DNA of 63,872 nucleotides, filler included, from Choristocarpus tenellus KU-1152 (Eukaryota > Protista > Phaeophyceae), in NCBI GenBank assembly GCA_964200185.2. It is 16 parts of 16 records of this genome, joined end to end, with 100 filler letters (N's around TTAATTAATTAA, not from the genome) between each part and the next. Parts side by side here need not be neighbours in the genome. Positions count along the whole stretch, not along the records: positions 51,141 to 54,931 come from CAXNAD020017900.1; positions 55,032 to 58,277 come from CAXNAD020021288.1; positions 58,378 to 61,248 come from CAXNAD020024050.1; positions 61,349 to 63,872 come from CAXNAD020027078.1; 12 more parts are not named here. One strand, 5' to 3'. The notes below the pieces were generated by a model. The model ran no database searches, was not told the origin of the DNA, and worked only from the letters and a program-made list of their open reading frames with translations. A program made the position numbers and the translations under genes. Position 1 is the stretch's first letter. Every line of letters begins with the position of its first letter. This document shows positions 51,141-62,911 of the stretch, in pieces.

Positions 51141-53703
51141 CCCTCCTGGTCGCCCAGGTCCTACAGTACCCCCATGCGGACCAGGGCCAGCTCCTGGGGG
51201 CCCTGGTCCTCCTGGCATAGTACCAGGGCCCATGAAACCAGGTGGAGGGAGCAGGCGACTGGCGATAAGAGAGGCAAGTTTATGAGCCCTCTCTGGGTCA
51301 AGACCACCAGGCGTCACAGGACCTCCCTGGAACACACCGAGGACTGCCGGATCACCAGCTTGAACCGGGGGGGCCTCTAAGTCCACTGCAACTCGCACCT
51401 GTGGGAAGGGGTCATGGGATGAAAGAAGGGAGCATGTAAAATAGGTTAACCAGGTACAACCGTGGGGTTGAAACCCATTAGAAATGCATTGTGTTAGATA
51501 CTTGTTTGAAAAAGCTCAGCACAATGGCAAAGCAAATTGCCAGCAGTGCTTGATTGGTTTGGTTCCTCAGACTAGAAATAACATGCTTGGCATTTGCCGA
51601 GAGAGATAGCTAGCAGCACTTAAGTGAGTTTGGTAGCAGCAACCAGAAGTAGGAAATGTATGTTAGTCACATAATATTGTGTATAAAACAAATAGATCTA
51701 TCTACACCAATCATCATGGTTGGTCATGAGAAACACAAACAGAGTCCATGTAGCACAAGCAGAAACTCACAACCCACTATCCTCTCTTGTAAGGTCGTTA
51801 AATACTACTAAAGGAGGCAGTAACTACCCCCCTACCTCAATATCCCATTGCATAAACACTGAGATGAATATCACTTCAAAAACAAAGATAAACAGGGTAT
51901 ACAAGCTCTAGTAATGGACCTCTAGTGTAGTCGTGACTTTCTAGGTTCACCTACAAAACAAAGTATAATAGTCACCTTAAATTCGTTCTCATTCTACACC
52001 ACCCCATTTACACACCTCTCCCTCACCTTCCAAAACATAACAAAATAGAAGTCCCAACATTGAACTCCCCTCTCCTTCACCACCAAATCCAAACCCCAAG
52101 CCTGAATCGACCCACCTGCCAGGGAAAAGGCGTGTCTTGGCCCGGCCTGTTCGCCCACGCCTGACGGTCTATCCCCTCCGTCAGAGGGGAGGTTGCCCGA
52201 AAGATCCCAAATATCAAACCGTTTGAGGGGTCCCACAAAAAGAGAGCAACACCAGGGGCGATTATCTCCTTGGCTCCGGGGGGAAGTCGTCGGGGAAGGC
52301 CAAACAACAGCTTTCCCAGACACTCATCAAACATCTTGACAGACAAGCAGGAATGAAGGGTAGTGACCACAGAGGACAAGGTCAGCCAGGTCAAGCGCAT
52401 CGGGGAATGATGAAAGGTGCAACAAAAATGTGTTTCATATTTTTAGGAACGCTAGGAAATATTGCGATGTCTTCGGACATACACAAAAGCGCTTGGAAAA
52501 TCGGACAGATAACTTCCAAAGGCACAACTTTGGGATTGAAAAAGGATGAACAAGTTGATGCCAACAGAGGACAACCATGGTCTACGAGACTTTCGCCGAG
52601 TGGAGGCCACCCACAGCTGGCTGCGGGGCACAACAATGTCAAAGTTTGTCTTACCATTACCGAGAGACATGGACACATGCATTGTCACCATACTTTGAAA
52701 CGTGATTTAACAGCACCATGGATAGAGGTAGCAGCAATAGCAAAAAAGAAGAATATATGTATATATATATATATATTCGTTAACACACACAATGTTACTT
52801 ATTAATAATAAGACTTGATAATATTTTATTGATGAGGCCTCCGACAGATCACACCAAAATGCAAATCTAACTTGCAAGTTGAACACTTCTGGTTGTTCAA
52901 TAGCTAAGAACTGCAATATATAACATACATAGTATAATTCATCATAAAACAGTACTGCGAAGTAAGAAGCTTTCCGATGTTCACTTCCAATAATTCCATC
53001 TCATCTGTATGGTTTGTAGACACCAAAAAAACACTCAATTTTTTTCTTTTTCTGTTCCTGGTGGTGAAGCCACACCCCTGTGACAAAAATCCATACCAAA
53101 CCAAAAACCACACAGCTAACCACATCAGACCTCCAAGGTATATGCCGGCACGTCTCCCTCCCAGACCAGAACATGAGCATTAGAGAGCGATCAAAAAAAA
53201 AAAACTATCCCAACCCGGAGTAAAGCAACACAAAAGACACAAAAATAAAAACAAAATACAAACTCATAAACCCAACAAAAAACACAACTCTCCATCCCCC
53301 TCCTATCCCCCCCCACTCCAATCTCCTCAGGATCCCAGAATCACACAAAAACAACCCCCCCAAAACACCACTTTTTACTCACAACCTCAGCACAACCCCA
53401 CAAATCCAAACACAAAATACCACATCCCTCGCACTCGCACTGCACCTGAGGGCTGATTTCAAAGAGGAAACCCGGCCTACCAGGTCCTGCTGCCCACCAC
53501 CCCGGTGGAGGAAGGTTCGGGGGGGGGGCAGATCGGTCCTGGTGGGAATGGAAGGGGGCAGGAGTGTGAGCATGATTGGGGAGCCCACCGCTGTTCATCC
53601 GTCCATGCCCATGGAACAGCTCGACGCCTGTGAAGTGTGTTGCATTCTTGGTCACTGCTTCTGGGAGAGTGATCTCAGGCTGGGCCCAGACAAGCATCAT
53701 GAG
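51141..53703 (-). CDS. DCD (development and cell death) domain protein, partial
   Basis: Phase-0 exons 53703-53446, 52334-52116 and 51398 to the edge give PGFLFEISPQ|MFDECLGKLLFGLP...IAPGVALFLWD..LIFGIFRATS...IDRQAW...TPFPWQ|VRV..LEAPPV, the DCD consensus, followed by a Pro/Gly-rich tail. Confidence 0.85.
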
Positions 53704-54300
53704 CTGTGTGCAGGACATTAATGGATCAGGTGATACGACCAACGGTGAGAAGAGCGGGCGATACATGAAGGGTTAGAGGAAGTAGTGTGGGGTAGAGGGG
53801 GGGTGGAAGGTGAGTTAAGAGGTGTGGTGGTTGAGGATGTTTTTTGGGGGGGGGGCTAAGAGTTGGACGCACAGTGTGAAAGCAAATGTGTTGTGGGAGA
53901 GGGTCATAAGATGATGTGTTGAAAATTACTAAAGTGGTATTAATAATATTAATGATATTAATAATAGTACCCTATTATGTATTTTAATGGCAGGAAGAGA
54001 GAGAGTGGAGGAGTAAGGACCAATAAAATTCCTTTCGACTGGGACAAACACAGTGAGAACCCTAGATGAGGAAAGGACTTTATTGACACATTAAAGCGGG
54101 GATGGTGGATGGTCCCTTTGCATAAAAGCTCCACAATTACATGTATGTTGCAGCATGTCAATCTGGACTTTTCATCATTTTCGGACAAACATGAACCTCC
54201 AGAAGCATATCGAAGTACTGCAAACTTTTATCATTTTTTTCAAGATTCGTCCCTGCAGGTGCAGTCGTGTAGTTCTTGCACCCAATATATATACTTCCAA

Positions 54301-54391
54301 GTATTAAAATAAGTATAAATATAAGTATAAATATAAGTACAAATATTAAGTATAAATATAAGTATGAATAAAAGTGTAAGTATAAATATAT
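54301..54391. repeat. AT-rich minisatellite (TATAAATATAAG)n
   Basis: Directly visible imperfect 12-mer tandem. Confidence 0.8.
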
Positions 54392-55588
54392 TGTCCCCTG
54401 GGTTAAACATGATCGTCTAAAACCGTAGCTTGTTTCTGCGCTGGACTTCTCATCGAAAGGGCTACGCAATATGCCATTTGTAACCACTACTTGTAACTCT
54501 TCTCTTTTTCTGATGCACCTCTCCACCAATCAGCAATCAGCAACCAAGGGAGGAGAGATCACAAATAGCATATACTCTAATACTACCTACTTATCTGTTG
54601 AAGGACTACATATTTTCAAGGGTTAGGGTTAGCATGTGCGTATCTGAACATATATAAGGTTAGGGTTAGATTCTGCATCTTTCAATCCAATACAAAAGGA
54701 CAACACAGTCCCAAAACAGTACTGCACCCTAGCAACTCCATATTGGTTGGACTAGAAAGAGTTCTCAGTGAAGGCGTCACAGGCACAAACAAACCTTGAT
54801 GCCATCCCAAGCCATAGAAAAAAAATACTCTCAAAAGTCCCCTGCAACTGAAAAAATGAGATTTAGAGGCAGGATGGCAACAATAGGTGGATGAGATAAG
54901 ACATACGCATCCAACCACAGCCTCAACACCCNNNNNNNNNNNNNNNNNNNNNNNNNNNNNNNNNNNNNNNNNNNNTTAATTAATTAANNNNNNNNNNNNN
55001 NNNNNNNNNNNNNNNNNNNNNNNNNNNNNNNCTTGATGATTGAACAGTAGTCCTATCTCAGAACAATGTAATCCGACCGTACTTGCCACATGCAGTTTGC
55101 AGTTACCATGCCTAGATGTCTGATGTACAGTACAAACTTAGAGATCCCTCCAGTGTGGCGTTATTATGTGTTACATGTATGTGTATGTATAAATAGAGCA
55201 AACAGAAAGACAAAGGGCTCGATTTAGTGTTATCTCAACAAAAAAAGATGGTGTTGCAGGGTGCACAATATAATGGCCCTGAGTGTTTTCCTGGACAACC
55301 GGTATCACAAAAGTTAAGAGCAAATGCCCTCAAGCATTGTCCTGGACAACAGATATTTCGTGACCTATTAATAAACGATTCCAGATGGTGTCCTGCCACC
55401 AAACGCTACAGGCAATGAGCTCTCGATGGTGTCACGAACAACGGGCTCTATATCTACAATTGTAAATGGTCCCATGTGCTACCGTACTTACCTTTGGGGG
55501 GGTGGGAGCATATATATAGGCAACACTATCTTCATAACGTGGATATTTGGACGGACAGTGTTGTTTCACAAATAATATCATGTGAAAA

Positions 55589-55863
55589 TGACCAAACCAA
55601 TTGAGAGAGAGGTAGGCAAGTTTGGACCCTTTTATGTTCCTAGTCCTCTTTCTTATCCTGGGCATTACACTCCATTCCATTGCTTTATCTGCACAACAAC
55701 AATAGTCTACGCACAAAATTGGAATTTCTCCGTTTTACACACAAAGTAATACCACAATTCAGCAAAGGCTCTTTCTGCAATTGTATAAAATGACATGTTT
55801 TTCCCCTTTCTTGAAGTCCTTGAAATGTAACCCTGCCTGCCAACCTCTCGCTTAGTTTGACTC
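55589..55863 (+). mobile_element. MITE family E, flanked by AAAA/AAAA
   Basis: Homologous to 47459-47710; ends GTTTGACTC. Confidence 0.75.
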
Positions 55864-56271
55864 AAAAACGAACCATTTGGTGCTACTCCACAGTACTTTT
55901 AATGTTCAATGTTGTATGTAAGTTGGATCTCAATATGTTTCCTCCGTTCGGAATTAAATGTGACAAAACTCTTGTAAGGTTCTGTTCTCGCCCAGGAACG
56001 AACCTGATAAACTGACGAGGCTTAGTTCTCATTTAGATTGCGAGGCGTTGAGATGGTGGACTGTCATGACTGTGGAGGATACTACTATAAAGTCGACAGA
56101 GTCCCATTTGGCGGGTTTCAAAAACCTCGTGAAACTGGCAAGTGAGTGTTTATTGGGATGCCTAGGATGAAGGTTCCTTATCATTCAAGCGGCTCACTCA
56201 TCTCGTCATCGTCCATTGGTCCCAATTCTTTGGCCCAGAAGTCTATCTGGGGTCCAGACTCAAACACTCCA

Positions 56272-57498
56272 ATGAAGAACAGCGTGGTGGGAGGGCACAA
56301 GACTTAGATGCCTTGGGGGGCGGCGGTGGCCATCGTGGAGGACTTTGATATTTCCCAAATCATCGTGTCCCGTCATCTGAAGGAGTATGGCAGTCAGGTC
56401 GCACGAGGTGAATGCATGGACCTTGTACGATGTCGTACGATGTCGTAAGGGGCGATGTGACTCCTCAACGTTTGGGATGTCCTGTTGATACACTGCGCAT
56501 CCTTCCGTAAATGGGTGGCCAATGCTGGGGTCTCCGTCGCCTCATTGTAGGATGTGTGCAAGCATGAGAAGGTCAAGAAGATCAAGTGGCGGATTAAGCC
56601 AGTCCTTTCAGACCAGGAGAAAAAACAGGGTGCGCTTCGTCATCAGTCACACGCATAGGAGGGGGGTAAGTGGGGTATTAGTGAAAGATCTGTATGGCAG
56701 AGTGTATGTAGACGATAAGTGGTTTTGCATCGTCAAAGATCGGCAAGGTGAGTACCTGCACCCCACTGAGCCACCCCAAAACCCTGATGGGTATAGAATA
56801 AACGTTTCATTACAAAGGTGATGTTCCTTGCAGCTGTGGCCTGCCCAAGAAAGCTCTCCAACAGGGATTGATTCGATAGGGAAACCAGGATCTGGTCAAT
56901 CATAGACGCTAAGGTCGCTGAGCGCTCCCGCAAAAACCACCCCAAGGGCACCAAGATCTTGTACTAGCCACAGTGGACGGGGAGAGGGACAGTAAACTCA
57001 TGATCGAGGATGTCATCCTGGCCATCAAGGCCCACATGCCTAGGTCGGAACAACACACCATCTTCATTCAGCAACACAGGGCAAGCCACACGACAAGGGG
57101 GGATCGTGGAGGCAATCAAGCAGGCAGCGGGGGATGACATTCTCATAGAGACCCAGCCAGCCAACTTGCCCGACCTCAATGTCAACGACCTGAAATTCTT
57201 TCATTCCATCCAGCAACTGAAGGAAGACATGGGGGTGACCAACAAAGAGGAGCTGGTGAAGGCCACAATGGGGGTGATCGATGTGTACTCTCAGGAGACA
57301 CTAGAGCGCGTCTGGCAGAGCCTCTTCACAGTCAACAGCGAAGTTTTGGGGTCCAAGGATGACAGCGTCTTAAAAATTCCCCATCTTAGCAAGGAAAAGG
57401 CTGAAAAGCCTAGCAAACTCCCCCCGAATGCCTTGGTGGATGCAGAAAAATACCGTGCTGGAATGGAGTTTTGGAGGGTTTCGAGTGCAGAATCATAA
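56272..57498 (+). pseudogene. Mariner (DD39D-like) transposase pseudogene
   Basis: Frameshifted motifs PWGAAVAIVEDFDIS, RVYVDDKWF, NKRFITKVMFLAAVACPR, IFIQQHRASH, TQPANLPDLNVNDLKFFHSIQ and TLERVWQSL. Confidence 0.9.
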
Positions 57499-57521
57499 AT
57501 AGGTGTAGGCTGCCCCATTTT

Positions 57522-57702
57522 GGCTCAAAGTATATGGGTGGGGAGGGGGTCTACACCAGGGTGTCCATTCGGGCCCTGACTAGGAAAGGTGCACTTACAT
57601 TATCCATCTGATGCATGTAACCAAATCACCCCAAAATCATGACATGTCAAAATGGGCCCCAAATGGACAGCCTCCACCCCCCCCCCCGAGATACTTTGAG
57701 CC
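57522..57702 (-). mobile_element. MITE family B inserted in the mariner 3' region
   Basis: GGCTCAAAGTAT...AGATACTTTGAGCC with perfect outer TIRs; TTT/TTT flanks. Confidence 0.92.
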
Positions 57703-58877
57703 TTTGCTTCAGATTTTGGTGGGCAACATTTCAATGTCTGCACAATACCCCCCAAAAAATACGAGCGTGTGAAAAGAAATCTTGTGTCTCCGTCAGTGTT
57801 GCAAAAGTTGTGCTACATCTAATTCCGAACAAAGGAAGCATGTAGTATTGTGTGCTACATGATATTTCCTCTTCTCTTGATTATATTGTATTGCTATTGT
57901 GTTTTTTATACTTTTCTGACCTACATGTTTCTTCCCTTTTCTACATGACAATATCTCCAGTATGCCAGCAGACATAATAATATATGTGCTACATAGTATA
58001 CTATATTGTTGGCATATACAATAATATCAATGTTCTCTTTAAAGGGGAGTGCTTTGGTTGGCAGAGGGTCAGCTGAGACACGCAGGGACTGTATTAAGTT
58101 GCGGTCCATCTTGTTCAACACCGTAATGGTGGAGCTGCACTAGCAAATTGCAATCACTGGTGGGAAGCTCATACCTGCTGGTCCATTCTTCTCCACCTCT
58201 CACTGCGTCACTTAACAGGGGAATCTCAAAATTGAGGAAGGCGCGGGACTATGAGGATGGGTTTTTTGCGAAAACGGNNNNNNNNNNNNNNNNNNNNNNN
58301 NNNNNNNNNNNNNNNNNNNNNTTAATTAATTAANNNNNNNNNNNNNNNNNNNNNNNNNNNNNNNNNNNNNNNNNNNNTATAGTAGATAAAGTTCATTATT
58401 GACCAATAATGTGACTTGAACAGTGTTGGTACTCTTGAGCCTTGAGTGTTGAGTTGTCAGGGGCATGGTATGCCTACCCAGTACATACCTTTGCTTGAAT
58501 TCCTCTGTTTGGCATCAGATAGAACAGTTTGCGGGTGGGCAGGCTATGTTTACTGAAATGATGCTGAACAGAAGAACATTTTGTTTTTGACCTGTTTGAC
58601 CCTAACCCTGATGATAAAATTTGAACCCCTCCAGAAGTAAAAAAATTGTAGGCATACCCTGGCGTATGGACGTATTAGATTCATCACGGAGTATGAAGCT
58701 CGCTTTCTTTTGGACTCTCCCCAGTGCTCCCTAATTCCCTCCCTCCGACCCTTCCACCATGGATTCTGTCACCTTCACTATCTTCACTATCCTTCCCCCC
58801 CCCCACCCCCCTGCATCTTGTTCCTATTTCCGACTCTTCAACGGTCCATACTTTCCATTCTACCTTTTTCTCTTCAG

Positions 58878-60101
58878 GGTGCTCTCACAGACTTGAGCCA
58901 GTCGTACCTGGGTGATCTTAGTAGTTCTTCTGGGGCCGCTACGAAGGCCCTGGAGCCTGCATTCTTCTGTGGCTCGGATATCCGCATGCGGTTTGATTCC
59001 ATGCCCCTTGCCCACGTGGCTGTCACCTTCCAGGGCCCTCCTGCTGGGTCAGCAAATGCTGTGCCCCTCATGCTGATGCAGTCTCTCATGGGTGAGGAAA
59101 GAGTGGGAAAGGTTTGGTTTGAATCTTGGGCGGGTTGGGGGGGGGGGGAAGAAGTTGGCTGAGGGCCATTTTTTGTTTTGTGTAAGTAGTTTGAAGACTT
59201 CTGAGTATCTTTTGGTTGTGATGTGCTTTTTTGTGGAGTTTTTAATGTGTGTGCTACTACTAGAATACTATTTTGATTTATGTTATGCCAACTGAAGTCT
59301 TTTTTGGGGGGGGGTACTACTGTAGGTTTTGGTAGAGATCATTACCTCGCTCAAGCTACTGAACAAGCTGCCAATACTTGTGGCAGTACTATTATTGTGT
59401 CCAGAGTGTTAGGGCTTGCCGAGTACTCTTTTCGTAGTGCATTTCATTTCAAAAATGCAATTGTGGTAGTATTGAAAGGAATTTGTTGGGGGAGGTGGGG
59501 GGTGGGGGATGGGGGAAGTATTTTCTACGTTGAAATTTTGTAAATTGATAACCTCTGTTGTGTATGGTATGTATGTGTATTATGTTGAGTTTACACCTTT
59601 TTAGTATGTTGAAAATAGAAACATTGTGAGCACTTCTACTTGGTCCCCCCCCCCCTCCTTCAGTGTGTATGGCATGTGATACGTGTCAGCCTATGGTGTA
59701 CGAGAAAGAAAAGAGGTCCAAAAAATGACCGGACCCTAACCCTTGAATTTTCCCATAAAGCTTTTTGTCGCAATCTTTTTTGTTTTTAGGTTTTTTGGAC
59801 CATCTCGTTGTGGTAGTGCATGTCGATAAATCCCTCCTCACAGTTTGAGACATTTTAATGTGTCTTTTGACATTTTTTATTTTGTTTTGTTTGTAACTGA
59901 CGTTCAGGAGCCTATGACGAGACCTCCCTGCTGGGAGTGGACGCAGCCTCGAAGTGGTGCATGGACCTGGCGGAGGGAAACTATGCCAAGAACGCCTCCA
60001 CATTTAACATCAGTTACAAGGACTCGGGACTGTTTGGGGTAAGGGGAGTGTGCCCGGACAATGGCCTCAACAACTTCATGTGGTACACCCTGTACAACCT
60101 G
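58878..60101 (+). CDS. PMPCB: Mitochondrial processing peptidase beta / bc1 core protein 1 (M16), internal exons
   Basis: Exons 58878-59091 and 59908-60101 (phase 1) give EPAFFCGSDIRMRFDSMPLAHVAVTFQG...AVPLMLMQSLMG|AYD...STFNISYKDSGLFGV... Confidence 0.9.
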
Positions 60102-60627
60102 GTGAGTGTGTGTGTGTGTGTGTGCTTTAGTGGGTAGGCTGGGTACAGAGTGTGTTCAGTAAGAGATTACTTGTGAAGGATAAGAGGGGAATGAAATTGC
60201 GCTCGGGAGGTTTGACAGAATGAATCTTGGCATGATGGGGGTTGCATTGGTATGATAGTATCGAGGTGGTGATTTTGTTTCCGATTATTGGCTAATACTG
60301 TGTGGGAGAGAGAGGTGTTCATGTTGTCTTCAAAATTCCAGAAAATACGTAGTAGGTCCTACCCTATGTGTCATTGTATTATTGGTCTCTGGCTATCATT
60401 TTCTAGTCGTGAGGATAGTGACAGCTTCGATGGGGTATGCTGTTTTGTCTGAGGAAGGTGCAGCAGCATCAATCATTGTAGGTATTTTTATTTTATTTAA
60501 AAAAAAAATGATCTTCGCGTGTAATGTCTTTCCATGCGGTGTGTTTCTCCCTGTTGTGGTATTCGTACCTTTTCTAGGCAATGGGTGGGGGTCTGTTTAG
60601 GTGAGAGAGAGACTGTAACGATGTGAG

Positions 60628-61007
60628 AATAATGATTAAATTGTAAGGTGCTTTGCACCCCCGCCGTGGGGCGACCAATATTGAGGTCACTGTGCCGGAT
60701 TACGTCGTTGAGTCTAAGACTCAAGAACGATAATTCAAATAGTAGGGTCCTTTGCACCCCGCTATTAGGTGACCGATATTGAGGCCACTGTGATGGATAG
60801 CTGTTGAATCTAGGATTCAAGAATGATTATAATGGTAAGAGGTCCTTTCCACCCAATATAACTTGACCGATAATGAGGCCACCATGCTGGATCGTCGTTG
60901 AATCTAAGATTCTAGAATAGTAATAAAATAGTACGGTGCTCTGCACCTGCTCTATGGTGACCGATAATGAGGTCACCGTGGTGGATAGCCCTCGAATCTT
61001 AGATTCC
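60628..61007 (+). repeat. Diverged tandem repeat, 4 x ~95 bp, with internal palindromes
   Basis: Unit GGTSCTTTGCACCC...GACCGATAWTGAGGYCAC...GGAT...GAATCTWAGATTC occurs four times. Confidence 0.9.
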
Positions 61008-61348
61008 TGCGTTACCTGGTTCTATGTGCACTTGCCCGTTGTGATAAATGAGACGTGTGTGCTGAAGGATTTGATCTCACAGAGAGTGACGTTAGTTGCA
61101 GTGATATTTAATACACATCCTTCAATTTTCATGTAGAAAGCATTTTTGTTTTTTTTTGCTATTTTTTACATTGCGGTAAATATCAATATCCTGGGGGGGG
61201 GGGGGGGGGGGTAGTTTGAAAAGGAAATTTGGGACTTAAAAAAAAATTNNNNNNNNNNNNNNNNNNNNNNNNNNNNNNNNNNNNNNNNNNNNTTAATTAA
61301 TTAANNNNNNNNNNNNNNNNNNNNNNNNNNNNNNNNNNNNNNNNNNNN

Positions 61349-61520
61349 GGGGAGGGGGGGGAGGTCTACACCAGGGTGTCCATTTGGGCCCTGAACAGAA
61401 AACGTGAATTTACATTATCTTACATTATCCATCCGACCCATGCACAACCCAAAAATCGCGACATGGAAAAATAGGCCCCAAATGGACAGCCACCACCCTC
61501 CCCCCCAGATACGTTGAGCC
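61349..61520 (-). mobile_element. MITE family B (left end lost in gap)
   Basis: Ends CCCAGATACGTTGAGCC; homologous to 57522-57702. Confidence 0.88.
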
Positions 61521-61559
61521 TGCCAAATAGCCTAAACGAGAAGGGAAAGGCCAGGAGTT

Positions 61560-61850
61560 GAGGAACTTGGCAACTAGTTTGTCCTCCATCTCACTGAAAT
61601 GTGTGGCCAGGGTTCGTGATCCAGAGCTCTCAATCACCTCAGCCATATGTGGACTTGGGATGAATTCGTATTTTCCCACTAACAAAACCATTGGGGTCCG
61701 TGGCCAGGTTGATTCCCGCTGCAGCCAGAAGTTCCAAGTTCTGAGGGTGTGGGTTGGTGGGCCTGGGAAGGTGCATCAAAGGTCTTGTCCACTTTCAGGG
61801 CAATGCCTACATCGTGTATAGATCAGTTTTCAGCTGCTCGAAACCCAACT
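61560..61850 (-). pseudogene. RLE-type (CRE-like) non-LTR retrotransposon RT/thumb remnant
   Basis: Frameshifted FEQLKTDL/HDVGIALKVDKT..HQPTPSEL/ELLAAAGINLA..HMAEVIESSGSRTLATHFSEMEDKLVAKFL resembles the post-YxDD region of CRE-like RTs. Weaker relatives at ~10330-10620 and ~4300-4470. Confidence 0.6.
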
Positions 61851-62547
61851 GGCAACCCTGAGGAGGGTTAAAACATCTGATCGCCGATATCTGGTAGACT
61901 TTAACGTGGGTTTACTATCTGGCCTAACAACGACCTCTTTAGTGTTTGTCTATTTTTGGTGAGGTGAGGATACTGATTATTATATGGTGGGGGGGGTAGG
62001 GTTCAGTTCCTAACCTCTAAATAATAGACTAATATGAGAACAGCATTGTTAAATTGGTGATTCGTAATTCACAGTGGTCTAATCATGTGGAAAATAAGAC
62101 AATCTTAAGGTATACCCTTTGTTGTTGTGTATATGAGATTATAACATTGCATTGAGTCCATGCCAATGTAACTCATGAGATAATTCATCTAGATTATATA
62201 TGGGGTTTGGTGCTGCATTTGATCTACTCTGACGTAGCCATTGACTTACGTATGAGACACGAATGGAATTAAAACAAGTAATACACCCCACAACACAAGG
62301 TCACTCTTCTATTTCATCCACCCATTCATCTCACGTTCAGCAAAGAGGGTTGTGTGAGGCTCCACATCTTCTTGTATTCACTACTGATCAAATTGCAATA
62401 CTTTCCTAAATTTATTGCACGTATCATATAGAATCCCTGACATAGAATAATACTAACCTCAATGAAACAATTTCAAGATTGGATCTTGTATTAATTGAGA
62501 AATTTCACCCATCACCATAATACTTTTTAGAGATCACTTTGTTGAGT

Positions 62548-62911
62548 GACCCAAAGTATCTGAGGGGGTGGGGAGAGGGTCGACACCAGGGTGTCCATTT
62601 GTACCAAAATCAGGAAAAGTGCATTTACATTAGGGTCAAAGTATCTGGGGGGGGGGGTGGTTTGTGAGGGGGCGTCCGTTTCGGTTAAACAACTCTTTTT
62701 TTCCCTGACATTTCAAATCGGACACGTGCTACCAAATCACACCAAAAAAGTGAAAATTGAAAAAAGGGTGAAAAACGGACGCCGACACCCCTCTCCCAGA
62801 TACTTTGACCCATTATACATCCGAGGTATGCAACCAAATCACCCAAAAATCGCGACATGAAAAACTTGACCCCAAATGGACAGCCGCCACTCCCCCCAGA
62901 TACTTTGATCC
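62548..62911 (-). mobile_element. MITE family B interrupted by a MITE family C insertion
   Basis: GACCCAAAGTATCTG...CCCAGATACTTTGATCC with AGT/AGT flanks; removing 62633-62815 restores a copy matching 57522-57702. Confidence 0.92.
62633..62811 (+). mobile_element. MITE family C, complete, 4-bp TSD ATTA
   Basis: ATTA|GGGTCAAAGTATCTGGG...CCCAGATACTTTGACCC|ATTA with perfect 17-bp TIRs. Confidence 0.95.

Larger units (their letters stand above)
55938..57838 (+). mobile_element. Full-length degenerate plant-type mariner transposon with both TIRs
   Basis: TIRs TTTCCTCCGTTCGGAATTAAATGT / ACATCTAATTCCGAACAAAGGAAG (Stowaway-like); encloses a transposase pseudogene and a MITE B insertion. Confidence 0.88.
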
